A DNA stretch of 64,000 nt from Syntrophorhabdaceae bacterium (GTDB lineage: Bacteria; Desulfobacterota; Syntrophorhabdia; Syntrophorhabdales; Syntrophorhabdaceae), in the NCBI GenBank assembly GCA_963665295.1, contig OY762209.1, positions 3,488,001-3,552,000 on the forward strand, written 5' to 3'. A program made the position numbers and the translations under genes. The notes under the pieces were generated by a model. That model had not been told where the DNA came from. It searched no databases and was given only the letters and a program-made list of their open reading frames with translations. This document shows, piece by piece, positions 35,534 to 46,031 of the stretch; within the stretch, counting starts at the first letter, position 1, and each line of letters begins with the position of its first letter.

Positions 35534-37180
35534 ATGGATGAGAGCGCGCTCCTTGTGCTGAAGAGAAGATACCTCATTAAGGACGAGAGAGGGGAGCCGG
35601 TTGAGAGCCCGGACGATTTGTTCAGACGCGTGGCGGACTTCATAGCCGTGGCCGAAGATAATTTCAAAGGCGGGCATAGGGACCGGACAGGAGAAGCGTT
35701 TTACACCATGCTTTCCGGCCTTGAATACCTTCCCAACTCACCCACTCTCATGAACGCGGGCAGAGACCTGGGGCAACTCGCAGCCTGTTTTGTCCTGCCT
35801 GTTGAGGATTCACTGGAGTCTATATTCGAGGCAGTGAAGGAGACGGCCCTGATCCATCAGACAGGGGGCGGCACGGGGTTCTCCTTTTCGAGGTTGCGTC
35901 CGAAGAACGATGTAGTCGGATCCACCATGGGCCAGGCGAGCGGTCCTGTCTCTTTTATCCGTGTCTTTAACATGGCTACTGAAGTGATCAAGCAGGGCGG
36001 GACAAGAAGGGGAGCCAACATGGGGGTTCTCAGAATCGACCATCCGGACATAGAAGAGTTTGTTACCGTAAAAAGGGACCCTAATGAACTTACCAATTTT
36101 AACCTTTCAGTGGCCATTACCGATGAGTTCATGGACGCCTTTTCGCATAACGACCTGTTTTCTCTGATCAATCCGAGGACGGGAAAGACAACGAAGAGGG
36201 TAAAAGCATATGACCTTTTCAGGCTGATCGCCGAATCGGCGTGGGCATCGGGCGAACCTGGCGTACTTTTTTTAGATACCATAAACAGGGCGAACCCTAC
36301 ACCTCATATGGGAGCGATCGAGGCAACGAACCCGTGCGGAGAGCAGCCCCTCCTGCCTTACGAGTCGTGCTGTCTCGGTTCCATTGATCTTTCAAAACTG
36401 GTCCATAAAAAGGAAATAGACTGGGAAAGGCTCAGGGAGCTTACTCACCTCGGCGTAAGATTCCTTGACAACGTCATTGAAATGAGCAAATATCCTGTTA
36501 CGGAGACCGATAAGGTTACAAGGGCAAACCGGAAAATAGGTCTTGGAGTGATGGGCTTCGCCCATATGCTGATCAGACTCGGCATTCTCTACGACTCCTT
36601 CGAGGCCGAGACTATAGGCGAAAAGATCATGAGCTTCATCGAAAAGGAATCAAAGGCGGCTTCAAACCGGCTTGCAGTGGAAAGGGGGGTTTTCCCGAAT
36701 TTTAGAGGCAGCGTGTGGGACAGGAAAGGCGTGCCTCAACGGAACGCTACCACCACTACTATAGCGCCCACCGGCACCTTGAGCATAATAGCGGGATGTT
36801 CGAGCGGCATCGAACCCGTGTATGGCGTCAGGCATACAAGACGACTTCTCGGCGATATAGAGCTTGAATTGACGGACCCTCTCTACGGGGAGATGATAAG
36901 GGGTCGCGGTGCGACGGATAAGGTGGATGAACTTTTCCGGACGGCGCACCAGGTCGCGCCCATGGCCCACCTGAGAATTCAGCGGGTCTTTCAGAATCAT
37001 GTGGACAACGCGGTGTCGAAAACTATCAACCTGCCCGCGTCGGCCACGCCTGATACCATTTTGGAGATCTATCAGGAAGCTCACCGGATCGGGCTCAAGG
37101 GAACGACCATATTCAGAGACAAGAGCCGGGCAGTTCAGGTGCTTTCATGTTCGTCGCAGCAGATTTGCGAAGCGTCATAG
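35534..37180 (+). CDS. nrdJ: Adenosylcobalamin-dependent class II ribonucleotide reductase (compact)
   Basis: NSPTLMNAG, QLAACF, RRGANM, TNPCGEQ, IAPTGT, SSGIEP, VSKTIN. Confidence 0.92.
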   Translation: MDESALLVLKRRYLIKDERGEPVESPDDLFRRVADFIAVAEDNFKGGHRDRTGEAFYTMLSGLEYLPNSPTLMNAGRDLGQLAACFVLPVEDSLESIFEAVKETALIHQTGGGTGFSFSRLRPKNDVVGSTMGQASGPVSFIRVFNMATEVIKQGGTRRGANMGVLRIDHPDIEEFVTVKRDPNELTNFNLSVAITDEFMDAFSHNDLFSLINPRTGKTTKRVKAYDLFRLIAESAWASGEPGVLFLDTINRANPTPHMGAIEATNPCGEQPLLPYESCCLGSIDLSKLVHKKEIDWERLRELTHLGVRFLDNVIEMSKYPVTETDKVTRANRKIGLGVMGFAHMLIRLGILYDSFEAETIGEKIMSFIEKESKAASNRLAVERGVFPNFRGSVWDRKGVPQRNATTTTIAPTGTLSIIAGCSSGIEPVYGVRHTRRLLGDIELELTDPLYGEMIRGRGATDKVDELFRTAHQVAPMAHLRIQRVFQNHVDNAVSKTINLPASATPDTILEIYQEAHRIGLKGTTIFRDKSRAVQVLSCSSQQICEAS

Positions 37181-37240
37181 CCCACTGGCCCGCACCAGGG
37201 GACCAGATAGGGGCGTGACAAAAGAAAGGAGAAGTGGTTC

Positions 37241-37903
37241 ATGAAACAAATGACGTCCACGGGAGAACCCATAGCGGTAATCGTAGTTGACCTTCAGGGC
37301 GATTTCACCGAGTTCAGGAAAGGGTCACTCGCGGTTCCCGCTACCGGGAAGGATTATATAGGGGATGTGGAAGCCGCGACGCGACTCCTGAAAGAAGCGG
37401 GATTCCTCATATACGGCTCCCAGGACTGGCATCCGGCAAATCATGTCTCGTTTTACACCACTCATCCGGGAAGGAAACCCGGGGAAGTCATTCAGATCGA
37501 CGGCAGGACTCAGGTGCTCTGGCCCCCTCATTGCGTGCAGGGGACGGACAATGCCGAAGTGATCATAGACAACGGCCTCTTTGCCGGATTCATCAAAAAA
37601 GCACAGGATCCTGAACCTGACAGCTATTCGGCTTTTGCGGACGAGGAAGGGGCAGAGACGGAACTGAATAGCCTGCTTAAACGGAATAATGTGCGAAAGG
37701 TAGTGATCTTCGGGCTGGCGACGGACTACTGCGTGAAGTACACTGCCGTCGACGGCAGGAGAAGGGGGTACGGGATCATCGTGGTCGAAAGCCTTTGCAG
37801 GGGTATCACCCCGGAGACTACGGGTCTGGCCCTGGCGGAGATGGAGCGGGTTGGTGTTGTTATCCTTAAGACGCTCGACCTCGCGGAGATCAAAGCTCTG
37901 TAG
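37241..37903 (+). CDS. pncA: Nicotinamidase/pyrazinamidase
   Basis: VDLQGDF, DWHP..H.SF, WPPHCVQGT, GLATDYCV. Confidence 0.9.
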   Translation: MKQMTSTGEPIAVIVVDLQGDFTEFRKGSLAVPATGKDYIGDVEAATRLLKEAGFLIYGSQDWHPANHVSFYTTHPGRKPGEVIQIDGRTQVLWPPHCVQGTDNAEVIIDNGLFAGFIKKAQDPEPDSYSAFADEEGAETELNSLLKRNNVRKVVIFGLATDYCVKYTAVDGRRRGYGIIVVESLCRGITPETTGLALAEMERVGVVILKTLDLAEIKAL

Positions 37904-37989
37904 TGTGCAATCCCTGCGATGGACGGGTCGTCCGGACCACGGAAGATGTCGAGAGGGGTGATATGACGGCGAAAAGGGTTGTCCGATCG

Positions 37990-38033
37990 GGACCGGTCCG
38001 TCTCTCACCTTGGAGGCAGGGACGGGCCGGTCC
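37990..38033. terminator. Long hairpin between convergent genes (probable terminator)
   Basis: 16-bp stem GGACCGGTCCGTCTCT / AGGGACGGGCCGGTCC with two G:U pairs. Confidence 0.6.
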
Positions 38034-38062
38034 GCCGGTTTGTTTCCCGGTCGTGGCGTTAC

Positions 38063-38326
38063 TTACGTACGGAGCTTCTCATCGTAACAAATATCCGCGC
38101 CCTCGGGAACATCGCAATATATTCCTTCTTCCCCGGGTTTGGCCTCCTCGCGTTCCCGCCTCTTCTGAATCATGGTCTGCTTTGTCTTTTCCGCTGCGGC
38201 ACAGAGGGCATCCATGGCTTTCCTGATCTGAGGCGCAAAAGCCATCGCAATGCCTCCGCCGATTAGTCCACCGACGAAAAACGGGATTATCGGGGACAAA
38301 CCATTCTTCGATTTCGCCTGTTCCAT
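38063..38326 (-). CDS. YtxH-like small membrane-anchored protein
   Basis: FFVGGLIGGGIAMAFAP motif; AAGGAGG RBS; TTGACT-17-TAGTAT promoter upstream. Confidence 0.7.
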   Translation of the reverse strand: MEQAKSKNGLSPIIPFFVGGLIGGGIAMAFAPQIRKAMDALCAAAEKTKQTMIQKRREREEAKPGEEGIYCDVPEGADICYDEKLRT

Positions 38327-38522
38327 TGTTGGTTACCTCCTTCATTTGCATTTCCAGGCTTTCACATGGCCTGGTTCCATCTCTCTTTCCACATACTAGG
38401 CACCGGCGTATTTGAAGTCAACGGCGCGACGGGTGCGTTTTATCGGGACCGCAAATTCATCCTGCGAGGCGGGGATCACTTTCCCGGAACGGCCCGTGCC
38501 TCTTCTTCTATATACCAGCGGG

Positions 38523-38930
38523 TCATGGCGTGACTATGAGTACCCCCTCCATTCCCCTTTCGCGGTGACTCTTGACGAAAGGCAACCCCTTATCACAGTA
38601 AAAGGGATATTCCCCCGTCTTTGTAGGCGTGAATTTGATGACCCTGGGGTCGGTTCCGAGTTCCTCGGATACATCTATGCCTGCTTCAGGGGCTTTGAAG
38701 ATGATGTCGTGAGGAACCAATCCCGCTTGTTTCGTGATCTTGATTTCCACCGGTACATTCACCTTTACCACCAGTCTATTGGGGTCGAAGAAATAACTGC
38801 CTGCAATCATTTCCACCCTTTGCACCCCGTCGGGAGCGATTTGGGCCGTCACCTGTTTTTCTTCCGCCCAGGCCGCGGCCGAAAAAATCACAAACAGAAA
38901 AAGAACAGCTAATAGTTTTGGATGTCTCAT
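38523..38930 (-). CDS. Exported cupredoxin-domain protein
   Basis: Signal peptide; PHD; YC-x9-H-x4-M type 1 Cu ligand pattern. Confidence 0.82.
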   Translation of the reverse strand: MRHPKLLAVLFLFVIFSAAAWAEEKQVTAQIAPDGVQRVEMIAGSYFFDPNRLVVKVNVPVEIKITKQAGLVPHDIIFKAPEAGIDVSEELGTDPRVIKFTPTKTGEYPFYCDKGLPFVKSHRERGMEGVLIVTP

Positions 38931-39101
38931 GTGTCCTCCTTAGATTGAGAAATGGTGTTTAAGATGCACCTAATACGTTGCCGACGGTTTGTCAACCAGA
39001 CCGGCAACCCGGGGATATCGGACGACAAGACCGGGGAGGTGAGGAAAAAGGCGCCAGGGTGTGCTACAATGGCTCAAGATCGCGTTCTTGAGGAGGTATT
39101 T

Positions 39102-39662
39102 ATGGTGAAGGAAATCATCGTGCCTATTGCCGACGGGAGTGAGGAACTGGAAGCTATTTCAATCGTGGACGTGCTCAGGAGGACGGGAGTCCCGGTGACG
39201 ATCGCATCCGTGGATGGGCTCCTTGTGACTTGTTCAAAGGGCGTGAAGCTGACGGCCGACTGTCTGGTGTCGGAGTGCGTGGACAAATCCTATGACCTGA
39301 TCGTACTTCCCGGAGGCATGCCGGGTTCCTTGCATCTCAAAGATTCGGAATCGCTCGCCCACATGCTGAAGAGGCAGGCAAGAGATGGCAGGCTCTACGG
39401 CGCTATCTGCGCTGCGCCGGCGGTGGTGCTCCATCATCACGGGTTGGTGCAAGGGAAACGCGTAACGTGCCATCCCGATTTCAGTCGTCTCATGGAGAAC
39501 GCGGACGTGGTGAATGAAGCAGTGGTGGTGGACGGCAATGTAATCACGAGCCGGGGCGCGGGCACGGCGGTGGAGTTCTCTTTGACCCTGGTGGAATTGC
39601 TCTTTGGCAGGGCCAAGGCGGAAGATGTCGCGCGGGGCATGGTTTTTGGGCGTGGATGGTAA
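39102..39662 (+). CDS. DJ-1/YajL (ThiJ) family protein; start at ATG 39102
   Basis: GSEELEA, LPGGMPG, AICAAP, ITSRGAGTA; GAGGAGG RBS. Confidence 0.92.
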   Translation: MVKEIIVPIADGSEELEAISIVDVLRRTGVPVTIASVDGLLVTCSKGVKLTADCLVSECVDKSYDLIVLPGGMPGSLHLKDSESLAHMLKRQARDGRLYGAICAAPAVVLHHHGLVQGKRVTCHPDFSRLMENADVVNEAVVVDGNVITSRGAGTAVEFSLTLVELLFGRAKAEDVARGMVFGRGW

Positions 39663-39738
39663 CGTGGGAGAGACTTCCGCTCGTGCGGGTTGCCGACCCA
39701 TGCCGGAGTGATTAGAAAAATCAGCAGGAGAGGGCGAC

Positions 39739-41196
39739 ATGCAGAGACCATCACAACTCATAAAGGTTTCGGATACGGTATGGGAACTCCCCCGGTCCTA
39801 TAAAGCGGGCATGCTCGTTCCTGCACGGATCTACGGCACGGAAAAACTGATCGACGCCATGGACCAGGGGGTCTTTGACCAGGTGACGAACGTGGCCTGC
39901 CTACCGGGCGTGATAAAATATGCCTACTGCATGCCTGACGGACATTGGGGATATGGGTTCCCCATCGGTGGTGTAGCCGCCATGGACCCCGGAAAGGGAG
40001 TCATATCACCTGGCGGCATCGGATTCGATATCAATTGCGGCATGAGACTTGTCCTGACGAATCTTACCTACGATGAGGTCAAGCCCCGCTTGCGGACCCT
40101 CGTGGATACGCTGTTTCGCCGGGTTCCCTCGGGGGTGGGGAGCAAAGGCTTCGTGAAACTGAGCCACAAGGAATTCCGAGAGGTGCTTACCCGCGGAGCA
40201 CAATGGTGTCTCGACAGGGAATGCGGCTGGCGCGAGGATATCGAGAGGACCGAGGAGAAGGGATGTTTCAGGGGAGCCGACCCGGAAAAGGTAAGCGACA
40301 AGGCGGTTGACCGCGGCATCGACCAGATAGGGACTCTCGGTAGTGGCAATCATTATTGCGAGATCCAGGTTGCGAGACCCGAAAATATATTTGATCAGGA
40401 ACTCGCCCGTGCCATGGGGATTACCATCCCCAATCAGGTTGTCCTCATGTTTCATTGCGGAAGCCGTGGTTTCGGCCATCAGGTGGCCACGGACTATCTC
40501 CGGTTGTTTCTCGGCGTTGTGGACAGAAAATACCATATCAAGATCAACGACAGGGAACTGGCCTCGGCGCCCTTCCTTTCTCCTGAAGGGCAGGACTATT
40601 TCGCTGCCATGAAATGTGCGGTCAATATGGCTTTTGCGAACCGCCAGATGATCCTTCACAGGGTCAGGGAAGTCTTCTCCCATGTCTTCGACATGAGTCC
40701 GGTCGACATCGGAATGCACATGGTCTACGATGTGGCCCACAATACGGCAAAGCTGGAGCGCCATCGGGTCGATGGAGAAGACCGGGAGGTGCTCATACAC
40801 CGTAAGGGGTCCACGAGAGCTCTGGGGCCGGGGATGGAGGGGCTTCCGGACTGTTATAGTACCTCGGGACAGCCGGTAATCATAGGGGGAAGCATGGAGA
40901 CAGGATCGTACCTTCTGGCGGGTCTGGCTACCGGCAAAGACGCGTTCTACTCGACGGCCCACGGAAGCGGCAGGACCATGAGCAGGCACCAGGCAAAAAA
41001 GATGGTCCAGGGGAGGGCTCTGCAAAAGGATATGGAAGAGAGGGGAATTTATGTGCGCACCGACTCGTTCGGGGGGCTCGCCGAGGAAGCAGGGAGTGCG
41101 TACAAGAACATCGATGAGGTGACGTACGCGACAGAGCTTGCCGGTTTAAGCAAGCGCGTGGCGCGTCTCGTACCCTTGGGGAATATAAAGGGATAG
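39739..41196 (+). CDS. rtcB: RtcB RNA ligase, archaeal/eukaryotic-like subtype
   Basis: MPDGHWGYGFPIGG, GFDINCG, GTLGSGNHY, HCGSRG, YDVAHN, HRKG, STAHGSGR, AYK. Confidence 0.96.
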   Translation: MQRPSQLIKVSDTVWELPRSYKAGMLVPARIYGTEKLIDAMDQGVFDQVTNVACLPGVIKYAYCMPDGHWGYGFPIGGVAAMDPGKGVISPGGIGFDINCGMRLVLTNLTYDEVKPRLRTLVDTLFRRVPSGVGSKGFVKLSHKEFREVLTRGAQWCLDRECGWREDIERTEEKGCFRGADPEKVSDKAVDRGIDQIGTLGSGNHYCEIQVARPENIFDQELARAMGITIPNQVVLMFHCGSRGFGHQVATDYLRLFLGVVDRKYHIKINDRELASAPFLSPEGQDYFAAMKCAVNMAFANRQMILHRVREVFSHVFDMSPVDIGMHMVYDVAHNTAKLERHRVDGEDREVLIHRKGSTRALGPGMEGLPDCYSTSGQPVIIGGSMETGSYLLAGLATGKDAFYSTAHGSGRTMSRHQAKKMVQGRALQKDMEERGIYVRTDSFGGLAEEAGSAYKNIDEVTYATELAGLSKRVARLVPLGNIKG

Positions 41197-41201
41197 GACC
41201 A

Positions 41202-41633
41202 GTGCCATACCGTTATATGCCGGACATTGCCATCGCCGACGTCGCCTTTGAAGCCAGGGGAAAGAGCCTTGAAGAGTTGTTCACCGCCGCCTCGGACGCG
41301 ACAATGAGTGTGATGGTCGATGATCTGTCCACGATTGAACTGAAAGAGGAAGTAACGGTGCACCTCACTCATGAGGAAATTGACCTCCTTCTTTTCGACT
41401 TTCTTCAGGAATTTATCTATTTCAAGGATGCACGACAGCTTTTGCTGCGAGTGGAAAGGATCATTCTTGTCAAGGAAGGGACGACTTTTGTACTCGATGC
41501 AGTTCTTCGCGGCGAGCGCCTCGATCCCGACAAGCATCCCCTCAGGGCTGATGTAAAAGCGGTCACTCTCCACCGGTTCAGCGTGTCACACACAGACGAC
41601 GGATGGGTTGCGACCGTGGTGCTCGACGTCTGA
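41202..41633 (+). CDS. Archease
   Basis: IADVAFEA.G..LEELF, DVKAVTLH, C-terminal VLDV; 5 nt after rtcB. Confidence 0.92.
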   Translation: MPYRYMPDIAIADVAFEARGKSLEELFTAASDATMSVMVDDLSTIELKEEVTVHLTHEEIDLLLFDFLQEFIYFKDARQLLLRVERIILVKEGTTFVLDAVLRGERLDPDKHPLRADVKAVTLHRFSVSHTDDGWVATVVLDV

Positions 41634-41729
41634 TTTTTCGCAATATGGTCCGTTCGTATCCGGACCAATCCTTACCCTCCCGCTAACCCTCGAATCTCAC
41701 CTGAGGCCGGCACCAAAAGGCCTTTAGGA

Positions 41730-41760
41730 TTGACAGTTTTTCAGGCATTTGTGTTAAGAT
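41730..41760 (+). promoter_or_regulatory. Promoter of chemosensory operon
   Basis: TTGACA and extended -10 TGTTAAGAT (19 bp spacing). Confidence 0.4.
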
Positions 41761-41787
41761 AGAAAAGGTCCGATAAGGGGGTGTCGA

Positions 41788-43452
41788 ATGGGGAGTATCG
41801 CGGGCAGGCTCAAGATAAAACACAAACTCTGGATAATTGTAGGTATATCGCTTGTGGGTCTCATACTGACCGAGGCGGTGTTCCTGGTTTCCCTGAGAAG
41901 AGACCTTTACGAAGAGAAAAAGATGAGGACAAAGAGCGTCGTGGAAACGGCGCATGACGTGGTCCAGTATTATTACAATGCTGCCAGGCAAGGCAAAATG
42001 ACCGATCAGGAAGCCCGCGAAAGAGCGAAGGAAATAGTCAAAACCCTGCGCTACGACGGGAATGAGTATTTCTGGATCAATGACATGAATTGTGTGATGC
42101 TCTCCCACCCCTATTTCGAATTGGAAGGAAAGGATCAATCCAACCTGACGGATGTGAAAGGAAAGAAGATAGTTGTCGCATTTGTGGAGAAGGTGAGGGC
42201 CGGGAAGGCGGGTTTTGTCGATTATGTATGGAAGAAACCCAATTCAGAGAGTTCTGCTGCGAAGATTGCCTATGTCAGCGGTTTTGAGCCGTGGGGATGG
42301 GTGATCGGATCAGGTATTTATACCTATGATATAGATACTACTCTCTGGAGGAAGGCATTGAAGGAGGCCCTGGTGGTCCTCTTGATGTTTTGCGTGATCG
42401 CCGCTGTTTCTTTGTATTTCGCAAAGAGCATCACGAGTCCCTTGTCCGTCGTGAGGGAAAGACTCCGGAAGATGGCGGAGGGCGACCTTCGCATGGAGGG
42501 CGATGAGGCAGGTAAGACGAACGCGTCGTTGGGCACGAATGAGACGAGTCAGCTTCTCGCTGCCCTTAACAGCATGGGAAAAAGTCTTGATTCCCTAATC
42601 GGGAAAGTGCAGCTTTCGGGCATGCAGGTAACTTCATCGACCACGGAAATAGCGGCATCGGCGAGGGAGCTTGAGGCTACGGTAGGCCAGCAGGCGGCAT
42701 CCATCAAACAGGTGACTGCAACTACCAAGGATATATCGAATACCTCCGGGGCGCTCGTCCATACGATGGAGGGTGTGGGTGAGGCGGTGTCGGAAACGGC
42801 GGCTACCGCTGAATCGGGGCGGGAAAAGCTCAACCGCATGGAAGTGTCGATGCGTGAGTTTATTCAGGCTACGGGCTATATCTCGACCAAATTGGGTGTA
42901 ATATCGGACAAGGCGAATAAGATATCGAGTATAGTGACCACCATCAACAAGATATCCGACCAGACGAATCTCCTGTCCCTCAACGCGGCCATCGAAGCGG
43001 AGAAGGCAGGTGAGTACGGGAAGGGATTCTCGGTAGTGGCAAGGGAAATTACCCACCTTTCGGACCAGACGGCCATAGCCACGAAGGATATAGAATATAT
43101 GGTGCGCGAGATGCAGTCGTCCGTTTCTTCCGGAGTAATGGAAATGGATAAATTTACGGAAGGAGTGCGCCGGGGAGTCAACGAGACGGCGACCATAAAC
43201 GATCAACTTGGTAGGATCATCGACAAGGTAAAAGCCTTGGGGCCCCAGTTCGGGAATGTGACGGGTGTAATGCATGCCCAGGTCGCGGGCGCTGAAGAGA
43301 TTAACGAGGCCATGATGCAACTGTCCGCCATGGCGGAGCATACGAAGGATTCACTGTCGGAGTTCAAGGAGGTTACCGAGCAGCTTAATGCGGCGGTGCA
43401 GGTGCTCCGGGCGGAAGTCTCCCGGTTCCGGCTAAGCCAAGGGTCTTTATGA
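41788..43452 (+). CDS. Methyl-accepting chemoreceptor with sCache_2-type sensor (WspA-like)
   Basis: [48 protein letters not shown]. Confidence 0.93.
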   Translation: MGSIAGRLKIKHKLWIIVGISLVGLILTEAVFLVSLRRDLYEEKKMRTKSVVETAHDVVQYYYNAARQGKMTDQEARERAKEIVKTLRYDGNEYFWINDMNCVMLSHPYFELEGKDQSNLTDVKGKKIVVAFVEKVRAGKAGFVDYVWKKPNSESSAAKIAYVSGFEPWGWVIGSGIYTYDIDTTLWRKALKEALVVLLMFCVIAAVSLYFAKSITSPLSVVRERLRKMAEGDLRMEGDEAGKTNASLGTNETSQLLAALNSMGKSLDSLIGKVQLSGMQVTSSTTEIAASARELEATVGQQAASIKQVTATTKDISNTSGALVHTMEGVGEAVSETAATAESGREKLNRMEVSMREFIQATGYISTKLGVISDKANKISSIVTTINKISDQTNLLSLNAAIEAEKAGEYGKGFSVVAREITHLSDQTAIATKDIEYMVREMQSSVSSGVMEMDKFTEGVRRGVNETATINDQLGRIIDKVKALGPQFGNVTGVMHAQVAGAEEINEAMMQLSAMAEHTKDSLSEFKEVTEQLNAAVQVLRAEVSRFRLSQGSL

Positions 43453-45560
43453 GAAGTTACTTTGGCGGTCTCAGGATTTCACAGAAGATATTAATCAGTA
43501 GCCTGGTGTTTGCCGCGCCCATACTTGTGCTTCTCTATTACACGGTGGTGGGTTTTCAGCATAACATGAGGTTTTCGCGACAGGAGCTCTGGGGGATGAG
43601 GGTGGTGGAGCCTCTGCAGAGACTCTCCGAACTCGTGTCGGAACACCAACTGCTGATCCGGCTTTATATCGAGGGAAACAAATCCGTAGAGGGGCGGATT
43701 AACACCGATGGGACGAAGATAGATGAAGCCTTCCTGGTCCTCCTCAGGGAAGGCAAGCAGTTGGAGAAGCCTCTCCAGATCAGCGAGAATGACCTGAAGG
43801 CCGCGCAAATGGGACAATATTATTATCCCAGGGTATATGAGAACTGGCAGGAGTTAAACAGGTCGTGGAAGGAATTTGACAACACGGTCCAGAACGACAG
43901 CCGTCATGAGACGGTCCTTCAGCCTATCCGGGCGCTCATCAAGCGGGTTGGGGATACGTCGAACATGGTGCTTGATCAGGACATCGCCACCACGTATCTG
44001 GTCGATGTTGTCCTCTCCACCCTGCCGAAAACACAAGAACGGCTCAGCAACTTCATCCTTTACGTGCAGTCCCTTCTCTTCAAAGGGTTCCGTTCCAAAG
44101 ATGATATAAACAAGCTGGCGGTTTACTCGGCCTTCCTTGAAAGCGATCTTGAGCGTATCCGCGAGAGCATGGCTACCGTCTACGGAGAGGAAAAGAATTT
44201 TTACGGGGGTAGCCCGACTCTCAAGAAGAGAATTGAGCCCATACTGACGCAATACGAATCTTCTCTGATTGAGTTTTTGGTGATTGGTAAACTGATGACG
44301 GCTGATCCGGGATACAGCATTCCGTTGGCCGACTTTCTGGGGCCGGCCCAGCGCGTTGTCGACGCGGGATCGGCATTGAGACAGGTCTCTATGAGCGAAT
44401 TGGGGATCCTGCTGAACAAAAGAATCGGCAGCTTCAGAACGAGAGGGACCGTGGCCCTGTCGCTCACCATAGGGACATTGATTCTCGCGATAATCATTGC
44501 CCTGCTCATCTCGCGAGGTATTTCCCGGCCTCTCAGGAGCGTGGTGGGCATTGCGGGAGAGATAGCGGCGGGGAATCTGCAGAAGGCGAGAGGGAGCCTC
44601 GAGATTGCGAGAAAGCAGTTTCGCGGCGCTGATGGCGCCACGACCAGGGCAAGTAACGAGATCCTTCAGCTTTTGCAGGCGGTAAACACCATGACGTCGA
44701 GTCTTGATTCGTTACTCACCCAGGTGAGAAAATCGGGGGTACAGGTGAGCGCATCCTCGGCGGAAATCGCGGCGTCGGCGCGGCAACTCGAGGCGACCGT
44801 GGCCGAGCAGGCGGCCTCCATCAACCAGGTGAGCGCGACAAGCGCGGAAATATCGGCGACTACGAGAGATTTCGCGTCGAGAATGATGAGCGTCACCGGA
44901 ATGGCTACGAACGCAGCCGAGCTTGCCGGGGCGAGCATGGCCGGACTTTCCCGTATCAATGAAAACATGAAGACCCTCCTCGAGAGCACCACCCACAGCT
45001 CCGAAAAACTGAACGCCATCAACGATAAGATGGGCGATATCAGCCAAGTGATCACTACCATCACAAAAGTTGCAAACCAGATAAACCTTCTCTCACTGAA
45101 TGCGGCGATCGAAGCGGAGAAAGCCGGCGAATATGGCATCGGATTTTCGGTGGTGGCAAGAGAAATCAGGAGGTTGGCCGATCAGACGGCCGTTGCGGCC
45201 ATTGAGATAGAAGCGATGATAACCGAAACGCAGGCATCGGTAAGGGACGGCATGGACGCGGTGGAGATGTATACGAATCAGACGAAGGCCGGTTCGGAAG
45301 ACATTGCCCATATCAGCTTTGATCTGGAAAAGGTTATCGAGCATACGAGGGAGTTGCAACCTCATGTGGAGGCGGTGAATGAAGGTATCCAGGTGCAATC
45401 CGACAGCGCAGTTCAGATCAGCGAGGCTATGTCCCAGCTTAACGATACCGCGCGCCAGACCAGGGATTCTCTCGTGGAATTCAAAAAGGTGACCCAGCAG
45501 CTTAATGAGGCAGTCAGGGATTTGCAGGACGAAGTGGCGCGATTTACGGTAAGCTCATAG
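43449..45560 (+). CDS. Methyl-accepting chemoreceptor with large helical periplasmic domain (WspA-like)
   Basis: 2 [39 protein letters not shown]. Confidence 0.93.
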   Translation: MRSYFGGLRISQKILISSLVFAAPILVLLYYTVVGFQHNMRFSRQELWGMRVVEPLQRLSELVSEHQLLIRLYIEGNKSVEGRINTDGTKIDEAFLVLLREGKQLEKPLQISENDLKAAQMGQYYYPRVYENWQELNRSWKEFDNTVQNDSRHETVLQPIRALIKRVGDTSNMVLDQDIATTYLVDVVLSTLPKTQERLSNFILYVQSLLFKGFRSKDDINKLAVYSAFLESDLERIRESMATVYGEEKNFYGGSPTLKKRIEPILTQYESSLIEFLVIGKLMTADPGYSIPLADFLGPAQRVVDAGSALRQVSMSELGILLNKRIGSFRTRGTVALSLTIGTLILAIIIALLISRGISRPLRSVVGIAGEIAAGNLQKARGSLEIARKQFRGADGATTRASNEILQLLQAVNTMTSSLDSLLTQVRKSGVQVSASSAEIAASARQLEATVAEQAASINQVSATSAEISATTRDFASRMMSVTGMATNAAELAGASMAGLSRINENMKTLLESTTHSSEKLNAINDKMGDISQVITTITKVANQINLLSLNAAIEAEKAGEYGIGFSVVAREIRRLADQTAVAAIEIEAMITETQASVRDGMDAVEMYTNQTKAGSEDIAHISFDLEKVIEHTRELQPHVEAVNEGIQVQSDSAVQISEAMSQLNDTARQTRDSLVEFKKVTQQLNEAVRDLQDEVARFTVSS

Positions 45561-45566
45561 GAAATT

Positions 45567-46031
45567 ATGCTTTTCCTCCTCTTTCAGATCAGAGATGAAC
45601 GGTATTGCCTGGAGGTTTCCCGGGTTATTGAGGTGGCGCCCATGGTGCTCTTCAAGCCGATCCCTCACGCGCCCGTCTATGTAACGGGACTCCTCAACTA
45701 CAGGGGAACGAGCGTGCCTGTCATCGACCTTTCGGCCCTTCTCTATGGAGAGCCCTCAAGGCCGCGTTTGAGCACCCGCATAATCCTCGTTGATTACGTG
45801 GGCGCTGACAGGACACACCATACCCTCGGCCTTCTCGCCGAGCACGTCACCGAGACTATCTCCCGGAAAGAGGAGGATTTTCAGCCTCCCGGGATAGAGG
45901 TAGAGGATGCACGCTTTCTGGGTAAGGTGGTTTTTACCGATGACGGCATGGTCCGGAGGGTCGAGGTGGAGAAGATGCTCCCTGAAGCCTTGCAGGAGTA
46001 TCTGTTTGCAGCGGGAAAGGAAGAAGGATGA
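45567..46031 (+). CDS. cheW: CheW adaptor (WspB-like)
   Basis: MLFLLFQI, GLLNYRG..VPVIDL, STRIILV, LGLLAE. Confidence 0.9.
   Translation: MLFLLFQIRDERYCLEVSRVIEVAPMVLFKPIPHAPVYVTGLLNYRGTSVPVIDLSALLYGEPSRPRLSTRIILVDYVGADRTHHTLGLLAEHVTETISRKEEDFQPPGIEVEDARFLGKVVFTDDGMVRRVEVEKMLPEALQEYLFAAGKEEG

Noticed and set aside
39662..41787. Y RNA, Ro60, rtcA or tRNA-like element beside rtcB
   Set aside because: The intergenic gaps are short and show no tRNA-like fold or such genes.
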